A stretch of DNA of 64,000 bases, from the IMG/VR virus record IMGVR_UViG_3300033149_003588, positions 1 through 64,000 of that record; one strand, 5' to 3'. Under the pieces are notes generated by a model. That model did no database searches. It was not told the origin of the DNA and worked only from the letters and a program-made list of their open reading frames with translations. Both the position numbers and the translations under genes were made by a program. The stretch comes from a virus. How positions within the stretch are numbered: position 1 is the first letter of the stretch; each line of letters starts with the position of its first letter. Positions 17,840-29,215 of the stretch are shown piece after piece.

Positions 17840-18730
17840 TTAAACACATGAATCCACCAATTGCAATGTACCATCCCAATCATCTAATTTATCAGAAAAA
17901 ACTAAATAATCATTATATTGTTTGGATTGTGTCATTTCATAGAATTTATTTCCATTTATTATATCCCGCATATTCTGCAATCGCTCATTATAACTGTTAC
18001 CAGGTAAACTACCACCCCTATTACTTCCATAATATCCTATATGCATTTGCCTGTTCACCTCCGGTACAATGGTAAACATACCCTCTTCTATCATGGCAAT
18101 ATCTACCAATCTGCTAATTAGTCCAGCTTGCTCATTGTGCGCAAGGGATCTTCTATATTTATATATAGGATTATCGGCATACTTATTATTGATTTCCTGG
18201 ATGGTCTTGTGTCTATTATTAACGCTACCATAATATGCATCAGTTATGTACTGTTGTACATAGTGCATAAAAAAATTCTTATTAATCAATGTTCCAAGCG
18301 ACGAATACGCATGTGCCCTTCTAACTCGATGCACATCCCCATCATTATTCGAACTATATGATAATATAGCACTATAATGAGATGTATTCAACAATATATC
18401 CATGTACTGGAAAAAAGTCTTATGGATTAATACATCGTCTTCAATGTGTATTATATAATTATCTGCTATATCAAATGCTCTACACATACCCTTTAGTATG
18501 TTTTTACTAAGACCATATTTATGTTGCCTACTTATAATACGATGATCATATGGATATTTGTCTATTATATTAAGATTATCTTGAGAACTTCCATATTCGA
18601 CAACAAACAGTGTAGTAAATTCTCCAGGAATCATGTAGTGTTCTCTGGCAGCTATTTCATATTCAATAGAAATAGCTAACATCTCGGGACGATTATACAC
18701 TGGACGTAGTATTGTATTCACTCTTATCAA
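17840..18730 (-). CDS. GT-A fold glycosyltransferase-like protein
   Basis: PVYNRPE, GLSKNI, HIEDDVLI and HIG motifs. Confidence 0.7.
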   Translation of the reverse strand: MIRVNTILRPVYNRPEMLAISIEYEIAAREHYMIPGEFTTLFVVEYGSSQDNLNIIDKYPYDHRIISRQHKYGLSKNILKGMCRAFDIADNYIIHIEDDVLIHKTFFQYMDILLNTSHYSAILSYSSNNDGDVHRVRRAHAYSSLGTLINKNFFMHYVQQYITDAYYGSVNNRHKTIQEINNKYADNPIYKYRRSLAHNEQAGLISRLVDIAMIEEGMFTIVPEVNRQMHIGYYGSNRGGSLPGNSYNERLQNMRDIINGNKFYEMTQSKQYNDYLVFSDKLDDWDGTLQLVDSCV

Positions 18731-20081
18731 ATCCTATTAATTCATTTTGTTTTATTTTGTGTACTATAGTCTCGGCTAATTTAATAGGATCACGTACATT
18801 AATTATTGGATTTTTTAACATTATTATAAATTTTTCGACCATTGCCATTGACATTCTGCCCTTCAATAATATATCAATTACTTTTTCCTGTGTACCTCGT
18901 TTCAATGATATATTATGAACATCCATGAATCTACTAATCTGGTCAGCATCTGGATTATCAAAAAAATAAGTTTCATCTATTCTTCCAGATTTCTGGATAA
19001 TAAAATCAGGGATTCGATCTGCATTACTTGTCGTTGCTATAAATAATAAATCATCAATTGTATTAACTCCTTCAAGTGTGTTATTTATTGCACTCTTTGA
19101 TACCGAAGAAAAGCCATAATCATCATCAAGAAGTAAATCTAAGTCTTCAGCATATATTAGAACAGGTTTATTGGAACTATTACCATATATAAAGTCATAT
19201 AAAGAATATATAGAAGTTTTATAACACTTCATTGTTACTGAATCTGCAAATGTCTTGGGCAATAAGATATTACTCCTATTATCAAGCCTATCACACATAT
19301 CATCATATGCCAACCCAAAATACTTAATAATAGTGCGAATTGTCATGGTTTTACCATTCCCTGATGGCCCCTCAAATAATATACCAAGTTTCCATGGTAA
19401 TTTTAATTCTTTTTTGTAAAGATCTTCTGACAATATAAAATTATTAATATAATTAAACAACTTTTCCTTGACACCAGTTCTTAGTATTAATTTATCCAAT
19501 ATGCCTTTAGATAATGTTATTCTTCTTTTCTCAAGCTTACAAACCCTATCATGCCATAACTGGATTATTTTGGTTAAAAAATCTAATATCTGCTTCTTGT
19601 ATTTTTTAACATTTGTGGGAAACACTAACACATCTATAGCACTAACATCACCACCCATAGTAGCTGTGCCACAAAAAACACTAACAAGGGGTATACCCTT
19701 CACCATAAACTTAATTACAGAATTTTGTGTCTTATCAGCATAATATATAAAATCAGGAATATCTTCATCATCTAAATTCAACCATCCATCTATCTTATTA
19801 TATAATCGTAAACTCCCGACAATTGGTTTCATTTGAACAAGGTCGGGATATAGTACATGTAATGTCAACATAAACTTGGCAAGCTGAGATATTACAACAT
19901 AACTCATCTCAACATCTTCAATTTCTTCATATTCTGTATAGAGAGCACCATTAATAAGCCATTGGGGTGATTGATCGCCCTTCATAATATAAGCGCGCTT
20001 ATATTGAATCAATCTATTAATATCTAAAGCAACATCTATAGCCTCTGCCACATCCTTGTTTTTCATTCTAGGTACTATCAA
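18693..20081 (-). CDS. AAA+ ATPase
   Basis: GILFEGPSGNGKT, YAEDLD, ATTS and SGRID motifs. Confidence 0.85.
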   Translation of the reverse strand: MIVPRMKNKDVAEAIDVALDINRLIQYKRAYIMKGDQSPQWLINGALYTEYEEIEDVEMSYVVISQLAKFMLTLHVLYPDLVQMKPIVGSLRLYNKIDGWLNLDDEDIPDFIYYADKTQNSVIKFMVKGIPLVSVFCGTATMGGDVSAIDVLVFPTNVKKYKKQILDFLTKIIQLWHDRVCKLEKRRITLSKGILDKLILRTGVKEKLFNYINNFILSEDLYKKELKLPWKLGILFEGPSGNGKTMTIRTIIKYFGLAYDDMCDRLDNRSNILLPKTFADSVTMKCYKTSIYSLYDFIYGNSSNKPVLIYAEDLDLLLDDDYGFSSVSKSAINNTLEGVNTIDDLLFIATTSNADRIPDFIIQKSGRIDETYFFDNPDADQISRFMDVHNISLKRGTQEKVIDILLKGRMSMAMVEKFIIMLKNPIINVRDPIKLAETIVHKIKQNELIGFDKSEYNTTSSV

Positions 20082-20089
20082 AACAGCCC

Positions 20090-20803
20090 CTATTCGATAT
20101 CATTATGAAAATTATGTATTATACCAACCCCAATAAAACCACATTCATCTACGTACCCACCAGACAACCCCATACCCCAATTATCACCAATATAATATGA
20201 TATGCAACAATCAATATAATAACTTGTATTACTAGTAACCAGATCATGACGCATACTACCGCTTATTGCCACCATCGATTTATTTACTAATTTAGGTACC
20301 CATTCAGTATTAAAATGTTGTACTACCCTATGATGACCATTATAATCATAAATCACTGAATAACGTATATATATATGTTTGAATGTACGTATAAATATGC
20401 TGGATGATTCCATAAACGGGAACGTCCTTGCCATTGTGGCAAACCCAACACCTACATGAAATCTATTAACATCTATATTATATAACTTCTCATATCCTAT
20501 ATCAGATATGATAAAAATAGATGGATTGTGATGATATATAGTAACACCAGGATATAGTGAAATATCGGTAAACACATCACTTAAATGTCTGGCATTCATA
20601 TATGCAGATATTGATTTAACACATATATCAATACTATTAGCAGTGTATGCTCCCATACCACCACTATATGAACACGAGAGAGATAAATTCTCATGTGGAA
20701 TAAGCCCAGCAGCAATTAATTTACCAAGATTTGGATCATCCGCATTAACAATAGTGCTGAGTATAATAAACAACATCACCATAGTGAAAATCATTAATTT
20801 CAT
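20090..20803 (-). CDS. Secreted / putative outer-membrane beta-barrel protein
   Basis: Signal peptide ending VNA-D; alternating aromatic/Gly beta-strand pattern. Confidence 0.5.
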   Translation of the reverse strand: MKLMIFTMVMLFIILSTIVNADDPNLGKLIAAGLIPHENLSLSCSYSGGMGAYTANSIDICVKSISAYMNARHLSDVFTDISLYPGVTIYHHNPSIFIISDIGYEKLYNIDVNRFHVGVGFATMARTFPFMESSSIFIRTFKHIYIRYSVIYDYNGHHRVVQHFNTEWVPKLVNKSMVAISGSMRHDLVTSNTSYYIDCCISYYIGDNWGMGLSGGYVDECGFIGVGIIHNFHNDIE

Positions 20804-20810
20804 AGTGCTC

Positions 20811-21419
20811 CTAGTTAATAGAAGTAATTAATATCTTAAGAAATAACCAATCACCCAAATATGGAGAAATAGATGCCTCGGGAGATATCTTAACTCCCAA
20901 TTTTAGATAGGAATCAGGAGCTATATCACAAAGCTCTATCGGGGAACTCAAGCTAAGACTTTGAAATGTGCCATCGTTCACATTATACTCAAGCGATATG
21001 TGTTCAAGCGCATCTTCTGAATTATTATTATAAGGGACAAACCACAACCTCAACCCAGATGCGACTGTAGCAGTCGGGTTAGCCATTTCATTCCATATGT
21101 AAAAATATTTTATCCTGTCCTCACCGATACTAACAAAATCAGCAAATGCTGCAAAATTATTCGCTAATTCTGGGCAAATTACCCTAGTATTGGCAGCCAG
21201 AAATGATGCACCCACTTCTTCAGTTAACTCAATTATATTGGTATTCTTATCAACACTATTAATAACCCTAGTAACAATATTAGTATCATCTTTAAATTGC
21301 AGCGTGAAACCAGCTACCAATCTCGTAATTCTATCTAACTCAAATTGAGTATCAGTGGCATCTAAATTACTTTGTAAAACAAATGGAGCGGTAACCCTTA
21401 TAATTATACTATTATTCAT
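20811..21419 (-). CDS. Putative tail-associated structural protein
   Basis: Beta-rich and acidic, at the end of the tail module; shares a module with 21421-23475. Confidence 0.55.
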   Translation of the reverse strand: MNNSIIIRVTAPFVLQSNLDATDTQFELDRITRLVAGFTLQFKDDTNIVTRVINSVDKNTNIIELTEEVGASFLAANTRVICPELANNFAAFADFVSIGEDRIKYFYIWNEMANPTATVASGLRLWFVPYNNNSEDALEHISLEYNVNDGTFQSLSLSSPIELCDIAPDSYLKLGVKISPEASISPYLGDWLFLKILITSIN

Positions 21420-21420
21420 A

Positions 21421-23475
21421 TTATCCTGCTCCTATCTCTATATCTCCAGATGCCACAACGCTTTGTGTGGGATCCCATTCTTCACGCCAATCTTTCTTAT
21501 TTTGGAATATATATATCATCGGGTGTTCCCTCTTATCTTCAACCCATAATACATGTGTTATCGCATTAACCTGCGGAGGCAGGGTAGATACGGTATAATG
21601 GCCAGGATTAAAATATAAAAATATCGTAACATGTCCCATGGGAGATTGGTATCCCATAGCCTCGGCAACCTTCTGATTAAATCTTAACGAATTCCTAATA
21701 GCATCCTCTATAATCAAGTTGTTAGCTGCCTGTGAATCATAATATCCCCAATCTATAGGCAAACGTTGTACCCAATATGCATCCCACCATACCATGTCCT
21801 GAAAATGAAACGGTATACCACTCGCACTATAAAATATGACCCAATAGTAAGCTACAAATCCCACGTGAAAATATGCCATCTTAGGCCTAGCAAATACTGA
21901 CATTCTTGCAGTTTCACCACGATTAGTTAACATTAGTGGGTAATTATATGCAGGATCTGCCATAGTGCCCGGTTTACCAATGCCATCTGATTCTTCTACA
22001 TACTCAAACATACTAAAAACCCTATCATTATCACCCTCATTAATTAACGAATTAACTGCTGATCGAGGTATATACATAGCTCTGGCCAATTCAGTCGCAC
22101 ATGTTATCTCACTATATTTACTAAGTTTTACACCAATTGGTTCATCAAAATAAACCACATTACCCTCAATGTCTGACACCACGAGAGTATTAGAATCCCC
22201 ATCAACTCCGTTCAATGTTATAGACATGCCGATAGCCAGTTCACCCGTTCCCCTGCCACCAAGATCCCCATCAGTAACCGTACCAGGAGCAGAAGCATCT
22301 AATATAATATAATTTTGCGCGGGATTAGCCGCGGCTGCCAGCCTTAACCCACTTGCCCGCTCTCTAAACAATTGTGGATCTATACTTTTTACTATATATT
22401 CATCACTTTCGGTTGCCTTACTACCAATGGTAAACTTATCGAAATCAAGATCATAATATCTTTCATCCGCTTTCATAATAAAATATAATGCCATGGGTTG
22501 ATGCATCGGTATATTAATTTCAATAGGAGCATATTTTACCAATTTATCTATAACACCATGTTCTTCTGGAGTAATTATTTCACTACCTTCATAGTGTCTC
22601 AACAAAAAATTATCAAATATATAACCACACTTTAAATATTTGATTAGTGCGCCCAAATTAGTCCTATATACTCTATTATGTATATCACCCAAATTAGTAT
22701 CATAAGCATTCATCATTTTATCTAATGCACCACGAGTATCAATAGCACTATCGACATCACCCTCCTGTACCAATATATCCGCTTTATTCAATAATGATAC
22801 TACAGTCAAAATCTTATGCGGTTGGATTATGGTTTCTTGTCCATAATCAGTGCATCGATAAAATGTATCTCTTGTGGCAAATGCAAAATAATGCGGAATA
22901 AGCCAACTATCCTCTTCCCAGCTATTTAAAACAACATTATCACCTATTAGTGGACTAGAAATTTTACATGGATGGTCATTATTCACTACACATAATGCAA
23001 AATACATTCTACTCATATGTATCTGCTTATTAAGTATGGGCAACTTATGTTCCGACATTAACATATTATAATTGTAATTGTGTGGCATCCACCTATTTAT
23101 GCTATTATAATATTCTTGTAACGAGGATTTATATGTATTATAGCAATACCTATGATATACTGTATCGCCAACACTATAATAATAGTCATAATCAGCCCCG
23201 ATAACTGCAGCATCACCTGATGATTCATCATCTGCCAATCTATCTTCACAATCATGAGCTGTATTCTCCAATGTAAACCACAACATATACTTATTACCAT
23301 CCCAAGGGTTATCCCAGTATTGACTAGTACTTACGAAAAAATCCCAGGCAGATCGATCTACCCAACGTATGCCATCATTACCAGCATCAGGCATATATCC
23401 CCAGCCATCATACAATCTTACGATAGCACATATCTTCTGGTCATCAGCATCTGGTATTATAGTAAGCTGCTGCAT
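21421..23475 (-). CDS. Putative tail structural protein
   Basis: 684-aa acidic ORF within the tail module. Confidence 0.55.
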   Translation of the reverse strand: MQQLTIIPDADDQKICAIVRLYDGWGYMPDAGNDGIRWVDRSAWDFFVSTSQYWDNPWDGNKYMLWFTLENTAHDCEDRLADDESSGDAAVIGADYDYYYSVGDTVYHRYCYNTYKSSLQEYYNSINRWMPHNYNYNMLMSEHKLPILNKQIHMSRMYFALCVVNNDHPCKISSPLIGDNVVLNSWEEDSWLIPHYFAFATRDTFYRCTDYGQETIIQPHKILTVVSLLNKADILVQEGDVDSAIDTRGALDKMMNAYDTNLGDIHNRVYRTNLGALIKYLKCGYIFDNFLLRHYEGSEIITPEEHGVIDKLVKYAPIEINIPMHQPMALYFIMKADERYYDLDFDKFTIGSKATESDEYIVKSIDPQLFRERASGLRLAAAANPAQNYIILDASAPGTVTDGDLGGRGTGELAIGMSITLNGVDGDSNTLVVSDIEGNVVYFDEPIGVKLSKYSEITCATELARAMYIPRSAVNSLINEGDNDRVFSMFEYVEESDGIGKPGTMADPAYNYPLMLTNRGETARMSVFARPKMAYFHVGFVAYYWVIFYSASGIPFHFQDMVWWDAYWVQRLPIDWGYYDSQAANNLIIEDAIRNSLRFNQKVAEAMGYQSPMGHVTIFLYFNPGHYTVSTLPPQVNAITHVLWVEDKREHPMIYIFQNKKDWREEWDPTQSVVASGDIEIGAG

Positions 23476-23510
23476 TTATTATGTACTTATCTTAATACTA
23501 ATCAATTAAA

Positions 23511-23744
23511 TTAGATTTCTGAGTATCCACGGTTTGTTATGGTAGTAATTATGCCACCCTGGTTATACATTGATGTATCAATAGAACTACCCTTAGTATC
23601 CCTAACATAACCAAATGGGTCACATATATAACCATTGGATATGTGTCTTTGTCTAATCCCGCCCAATCTTTTGGCTATCTCTCTGGCCATTTTCTGTATA
23701 GCCATAACCAGTCTTGCATCAGCATCTGCTGTTTTCATAATCAC
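23511..23744 (-). CDS. Hypothetical protein
   Basis: 77 aa, tightly packed in the operon, SD GAGGTG. Confidence 0.6.
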   Translation of the reverse strand: MIMKTADADARLVMAIQKMAREIAKRLGGIRQRHISNGYICDPFGYVRDTKGSSIDTSMYNQGGIITTITNRGYSEI

Positions 23745-23748
23745 CTCA

Positions 23749-25680
23749 CTATAAATAACGTCTAAAAGTTATTATGTTTACTGAAGTAGAGCTTGATAAG
23801 TCTACATTGTATTGCATGCCACCACCACCACTGCTGCCCATGTAATGTAAAGCAAGTGTTGGCTCACGCAGTTTGTAAACAGTCTCTTCATAGGTGGTGT
23901 CCAACCTCATTCTTATTGCATCAACTAATTCTCTGACATCATGCATATTTAACATATCGGTATCAACAGTGTATATTCTATTATTAAATGGATTAATGGT
24001 AATATCCAAAATCTTTCTTCTGGCTGGGTCCTTCATAGCGTCTAACTCTATCTGCATATCTGCATGTGATATAAATTCAGTTTCAAATATATCAAAATCT
24101 TGAACAATACCATCATATCCAGAGACCACCTTTATAAACCCATGTTTACATCTTACAAATTTCTCGGTAACATCCTTTATCGTTACCCAATGTAACATAT
24201 TAGTTGTTAAACCAGCAGTAATATAATCATATGATTCCACCGATTTATTCACAACTTCCACAGATTTTAATTTACCACTCTCCAGAGGTTTAATACCAAC
24301 CACATATCCATTAATAATATTATGCTGTTCTGATATCCACCCCTTGTTATAATGGATAGTTTTGTGTGTACCCCAGGTATCTTCGGGTACAGTAATTCTC
24401 CTATAGCTATATAAACTTTCTTCTTCTCTTATTTTCATAAAACTTAGCGCAATACCATCAGCACTTTTCAATTTTACTAATTGATATATTGTTTTCTCAA
24501 TGGAATACGGCTTGCCTAATCCAGTATATTTATAGCAAACTATTTCCTTGAATATCGGACCAATACTTGAATAATACCCATCAGGCGCATCGTCAAGAAC
24601 ACTGCCAACACGCTCGTCACCACTATTAGACATAAATTGACCGAATAAAGATGTTGCTATAGTACCTGTGGTATCTGATAATCCTACAATTGGTTTATCA
24701 GACCACACAGTAGTAGTTACCCTTACTGGATATTCCTTATCATCATACTTATCATAATATAACTCTGTAATAGTGCGGGTCCAATTATGAACAAAAGCAT
24801 CTTCACCCTTCCATGGTGCCTTGATTTTCACAGTGGATACCACCATACCACTATCTATTGTATGATTAGCCTCAAGATGTATGGGTGTATTCCGGTCCCA
24901 TATAGCCCTATCGCTATGAAAAGGACTATTAACAAACTCTTCATCTAGACTTAAAAATCCATTTACAATAAGCCTACCATAAGGATTCTTTTTATCTACC
25001 AACCTAGTATCTAGTTGCTCTATAAACTTATTACTTGTTATACTATAGATACCATCTGCTTCGTCTTCACCTGGCATAGTAATCTGTAAAACATGTACTC
25101 CATCACTAAGTATTACAGGATTATACATGCTACACAGTGTCTCAATGGCATTTACCAGTGTCATTGTAGAATCAAACCTAAATTCTCGTACATCAAATGC
25201 AGGCAATGTATATATTATAGTAACATTAATACCACATATATCGGCAAGATCATCAATTATTTGATCAGATCTCCATCCACCAGCACCATATGATGATGTA
25301 GTCTGTTTCCAATGTATTACGGGTCTCTCCTCTTCATTATCTTCCTCATCATTAAATACCATATAATCCTCAGGATTGACTGGTGACGATATCCAAATAT
25401 GTGTTCTTGATGGTGCGCTTGTCTCTATGTCATGTACTAATCTAGATGTCGCATTAATACTATAAGTGATATCAACGGCAGATTCTGATTCACTTATCTC
25501 AGTTATAATACATGGTATACCACCAATTGTAATGGCATCACCAACCGTTGGACGATTCTTAAGACCATTAACAACAATATCAAAACCTATTTGTTCGGGG
25601 GTTTTACTAATATTAACTGATTTTACTAGTGGTAAACCCGAGCTAGGTAATACTATTTCTTGTAGTGTTTTCTCATTCAT
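23749..25680 (-). CDS. Putative tail-tip / hub protein
   Basis: 643 aa; hub-like segment IIDDLADICGI...F...TLVNAIETLC; position in the tail module. Confidence 0.55.
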   Translation of the reverse strand: MNEKTLQEIVLPSSGLPLVKSVNISKTPEQIGFDIVVNGLKNRPTVGDAITIGGIPCIITEISESESAVDITYSINATSRLVHDIETSAPSRTHIWISSPVNPEDYMVFNDEEDNEEERPVIHWKQTTSSYGAGGWRSDQIIDDLADICGINVTIIYTLPAFDVREFRFDSTMTLVNAIETLCSMYNPVILSDGVHVLQITMPGEDEADGIYSITSNKFIEQLDTRLVDKKNPYGRLIVNGFLSLDEEFVNSPFHSDRAIWDRNTPIHLEANHTIDSGMVVSTVKIKAPWKGEDAFVHNWTRTITELYYDKYDDKEYPVRVTTTVWSDKPIVGLSDTTGTIATSLFGQFMSNSGDERVGSVLDDAPDGYYSSIGPIFKEIVCYKYTGLGKPYSIEKTIYQLVKLKSADGIALSFMKIREEESLYSYRRITVPEDTWGTHKTIHYNKGWISEQHNIINGYVVGIKPLESGKLKSVEVVNKSVESYDYITAGLTTNMLHWVTIKDVTEKFVRCKHGFIKVVSGYDGIVQDFDIFETEFISHADMQIELDAMKDPARRKILDITINPFNNRIYTVDTDMLNMHDVRELVDAIRMRLDTTYEETVYKLREPTLALHYMGSSGGGGMQYNVDLSSSTSVNIITFRRYL

Positions 25681-25688
25681 TGTGGCAC

Positions 25689-27590
25689 CTAATATAAATG
25701 ACAGTACATATTTATATCCTTATATATATATAAGTAATCTACACAAATAATTCTAAGTGTTGTTTGAGCCTTCAATTCTTCTAGTTCAAAATATCCCTCA
25801 ACAATTCTAGAAGTATCAATAGCTAGATCACCACATGCTTCCACATGAGTAAATGTCTCTATTTTAAATTCGAATGTTCCTTCGCATTCGTCACTGGTTT
25901 CATCACCACTTATATAGATCATATCAACATCAAAATAAGCTACTGCTGCGACACCCTGTATTATACTTATATCTATAAATCCTTCGTTATCATTAAGAGC
26001 ATTATCAAGATATATGTCTATATCTATGTATTCATGGCCAGCATCATAATATACGTCTATAAACTCATCAACATCCCTGGTATCCAAATAAATGCCAATA
26101 TCCTCAAAGGCATCATTAGGAATACCAAGTATTATATTGATATCCTTAAACGCTTCATTCTCTAAATATGCATACAAAACAGTGTCACAATATGGCTTGT
26201 CATGACAATAATATATATTTATATCTATAGCATGTGCGGACAACCATGTTATATCTATATCAGACGCTACTACATCTGCTTCGGGCATGCACGATACGAA
26301 TTTAATCTCATGTTCATAGCCATAGACAAAATTGCGCTCACCTATTAAAGTGTCAAAACTAATATCTAATATACCACCAGCCGATTTAATATCATCATCA
26401 AATACTGGAATAAATTTAGCTTCAAATTGCCCACCATATACAATATTTACATCATTATAAATACCTACCGCATATAAACCAACATTATTAGTATCATCTC
26501 CAGCATCAAATACTATTTTAACACCAGTAACTAATTGTTTATGTATGCCAAATGATATCCATTCGCCATGTGCATATTTATTACTAACAACCGGGTTGAC
26601 CATAAGTGAATCTGTTTCGCTCACAAATATGTCATTTACCTTCGCATATATAATATTTATAGGTTTCCACGAATCAGTATTGTATGGCATAACATAAATC
26701 GTGAAATCGTTAGCAGCATATACCTCGTGGAATCTGAATTCTATAGTATTAATATACTTGGCCTGGTCGAACACACATTCTAATTCGTGTGCCCATGTAT
26801 CGTTAGATAACCAATATGTATCACTATCCCTATTTATATATCTACATTCATCATGGTTCAATAGTAAATTGTTAACTCGATGCTCAGGATCCTCACTAGT
26901 GGCAGATATTGTGGTTAGCGGTACAATAGACTCACGTGATTTGTTTTTACATGCAGCTATTAAACTAATGTCTTCCCAAAACATGTTCATCGCACCAGAT
27001 AATACTAGTGTCTCACTATATAATGGCTCAGACATAACAGTATCATCAAGTGCAATTGCCTCTATATGTGTGGGTATAAATGAACCTATATTTGTTAACT
27101 TGTATACATTATAAAAATATGGTTGTATAAATTCTAATTCTATATCCTTATAATTATATATAGGTGGGAAATCTAATAATATATCTTTATACTCTAAATC
27201 TGTGACAGTTATGACTATATCAACGTCAGAATATGCTATATTAGACCCATTAAAATATATATCAGTGTCATCATATGATGCGCCAACTACAGACAAAAAT
27301 ACATTGGTATCTTCAACAGAAGTTGTTTCCAATGTAAGTATAATACCAGTATCACTTGCACCAGCTTCAAAGAAGCCTGGAATTATCAATCGCGCATACT
27401 CATCTATACTAACTGTACTTGCAGCATAAATGATCTTGCCATATTCAGCAATACCAACTCCACTGGGTAATACTATACGCGCATATTCTAAATATTCAGT
27501 AATACCAGGTATTACTATACGTCCATACTCGACGCGTTCACTATGCGCGAGAATCGTAATTCTTGCATATTCCTCAGCATATGGAGCCAT
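25689..27590 (-). CDS. Tail protein with EYARI repeats, YxDxDIxF repeats and a discoidin-like domain
   Basis: Five N-terminal EY(A/G)(R/K)(I/L) units; ATSED...YWLS...LECVFD jelly-roll pattern. Confidence 0.6.
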   Translation of the reverse strand: MAPYAEEYARITILAHSERVEYGRIVIPGITEYLEYARIVLPSGVGIAEYGKIIYAASTVSIDEYARLIIPGFFEAGASDTGIILTLETTSVEDTNVFLSVVGASYDDTDIYFNGSNIAYSDVDIVITVTDLEYKDILLDFPPIYNYKDIELEFIQPYFYNVYKLTNIGSFIPTHIEAIALDDTVMSEPLYSETLVLSGAMNMFWEDISLIAACKNKSRESIVPLTTISATSEDPEHRVNNLLLNHDECRYINRDSDTYWLSNDTWAHELECVFDQAKYINTIEFRFHEVYAANDFTIYVMPYNTDSWKPINIIYAKVNDIFVSETDSLMVNPVVSNKYAHGEWISFGIHKQLVTGVKIVFDAGDDTNNVGLYAVGIYNDVNIVYGGQFEAKFIPVFDDDIKSAGGILDISFDTLIGERNFVYGYEHEIKFVSCMPEADVVASDIDITWLSAHAIDINIYYCHDKPYCDTVLYAYLENEAFKDINIILGIPNDAFEDIGIYLDTRDVDEFIDVYYDAGHEYIDIDIYLDNALNDNEGFIDISIIQGVAAVAYFDVDMIYISGDETSDECEGTFEFKIETFTHVEACGDLAIDTSRIVEGYFELEELKAQTTLRIICVDYLYIYKDINMYCHLY

Positions 27591-27597
27591 TTATATT

Positions 27598-28173
27598 TTA
27601 ACTATCATTATTCCCATTAAATACTAAATCAACGTCACCACCCCATGCTACCCTAAAATATGTATACGCCGAAATCTTCATTACACCGGTTCTAACAATA
27701 GATTCTGGCATAGTGCCATCCGTGCGAACCTGAAATATGTATGCTCTCGGACCATCGGAGGCACCCACTCTAACATAGCTATCCATGTGTACATCTATCG
27801 ATGTTGCCCAAGGTGTCCACTCAGTAACAATAATAGGAACATTACTACTAAAGTTAATAGCTTGCCTAAATTCTATATAACTCGAACCACCTTGAACTTC
27901 AATACCACTCTCATTTTTAGTATCACGTGTTATACTCATCTCATATAATCTAATGCCTTCTATTCCTTGATATATAACGAATGTTACCATATCTTCACTG
28001 GGTGAATCGATGGGCGCATCTAATAATATTTCACCATCAGAATCTGGGGTTATACCATTTAATGGGTATGCACCATGATACAAAGAAAGCCCAGATTCTT
28101 CATCAAGTATATTAATGTAGACTGTATTATCTAATATATCACTGGCATACTCAGCATCATAATAATTTGGCAT
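27598..28173 (-). CDS. Putative structural protein
   Basis: 191 aa with an SD, in the tail module. Confidence 0.6.
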   Translation of the reverse strand: MPNYYDAEYASDILDNTVYINILDEESGLSLYHGAYPLNGITPDSDGEILLDAPIDSPSEDMVTFVIYQGIEGIRLYEMSITRDTKNESGIEVQGGSSYIEFRQAINFSSNVPIIVTEWTPWATSIDVHMDSYVRVGASDGPRAYIFQVRTDGTMPESIVRTGVMKISAYTYFRVAWGGDVDLVFNGNNDS

Positions 28174-28183
28174 TATCTCCTCC

Positions 28184-29215
28184 TTATATTATATTAACCA
28201 TTATATTTATATCACTATGTGTCAACTCCGATAAATATAGGACATTATCTATTATGTTTATTATCTTATAGGCTCCACCATAATTATCAAACGTGATCCA
28301 TGTACCAATCACTAAATCATCAGGGACTTCATCAACAATGACCTCATGATCAGAACCATCCTCCCACCCTGCAACATGAGCTACAATATCTTTTTGACCT
28401 AATGGATTGTACCCAGCTGTTGATAGTGCTCGAAGTATTTGAATATTATCTATTAACGATCCGCCCAATACTCCACTTAATTCTTCTCTAGTACTATCAG
28501 GATGAGTAATCGCTACCCTAAAATTTCCCGTAACTACAAAAACCTCTTGATAATTGACTATATTAATAATAGCATCTATGTCATGATAACTACTTGTATA
28601 TTTAGAATAAAAACAGAAATCAATATCATTATAAAAATACTCATTGTCATTACTATATAATAAATCAGTATCTCTATGGCTGATTTCTAAACTACCCCCG
28701 AATGGAGCATTCTCTAAATATATATCTATATCATGTGTAGTACCAATATTAGCATACCCAACAACAATATCAAGTTTATATATGTGTGTATCTAAACCAG
28801 CGTTTAATGTAGTATAACCGTCCCCTCTAAATCGCAATAATCTATTACCAGGAGTAATCTTGATCCATCTTTGAATAGAAAGATCAAGGTTAAATTTATT
28901 TAATTCCACTGTCATGGCAGTCCACTCGTCAGATAGCTCATATGTAATTATACCAATAGTGCCCAATGGGCTATCCGGCATTCCATCACTATCAGAATAT
29001 ATATCACATATAGCATCAGAATATACGTTAGGCGCATTTTTCATGTAAACAGTTATCGATAATAAAATACTTGAGTCTATTATTGGTAATTTAACATATG
29101 CAGCCTCATCTAATGCAAAAGTACCACCAGAAGATGCCGAGATAAACTGAGGCTCTCCCCAAGCGCCCTCGATATGAGTATCCAAATCTATATTATGTTC
29201 AGAATTAAATATCAT
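28184..29215 (-). CDS. Putative structural protein with YxDID motifs
   Basis: 343-aa acidic, beta-rich ORF. Confidence 0.55.
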   Translation of the reverse strand: MIFNSEHNIDLDTHIEGAWGEPQFISASSGGTFALDEAAYVKLPIIDSSILLSITVYMKNAPNVYSDAICDIYSDSDGMPDSPLGTIGIITYELSDEWTAMTVELNKFNLDLSIQRWIKITPGNRLLRFRGDGYTTLNAGLDTHIYKLDIVVGYANIGTTHDIDIYLENAPFGGSLEISHRDTDLLYSNDNEYFYNDIDFCFYSKYTSSYHDIDAIINIVNYQEVFVVTGNFRVAITHPDSTREELSGVLGGSLIDNIQILRALSTAGYNPLGQKDIVAHVAGWEDGSDHEVIVDEVPDDLVIGTWITFDNYGGAYKIINIIDNVLYLSELTHSDINIMVNII

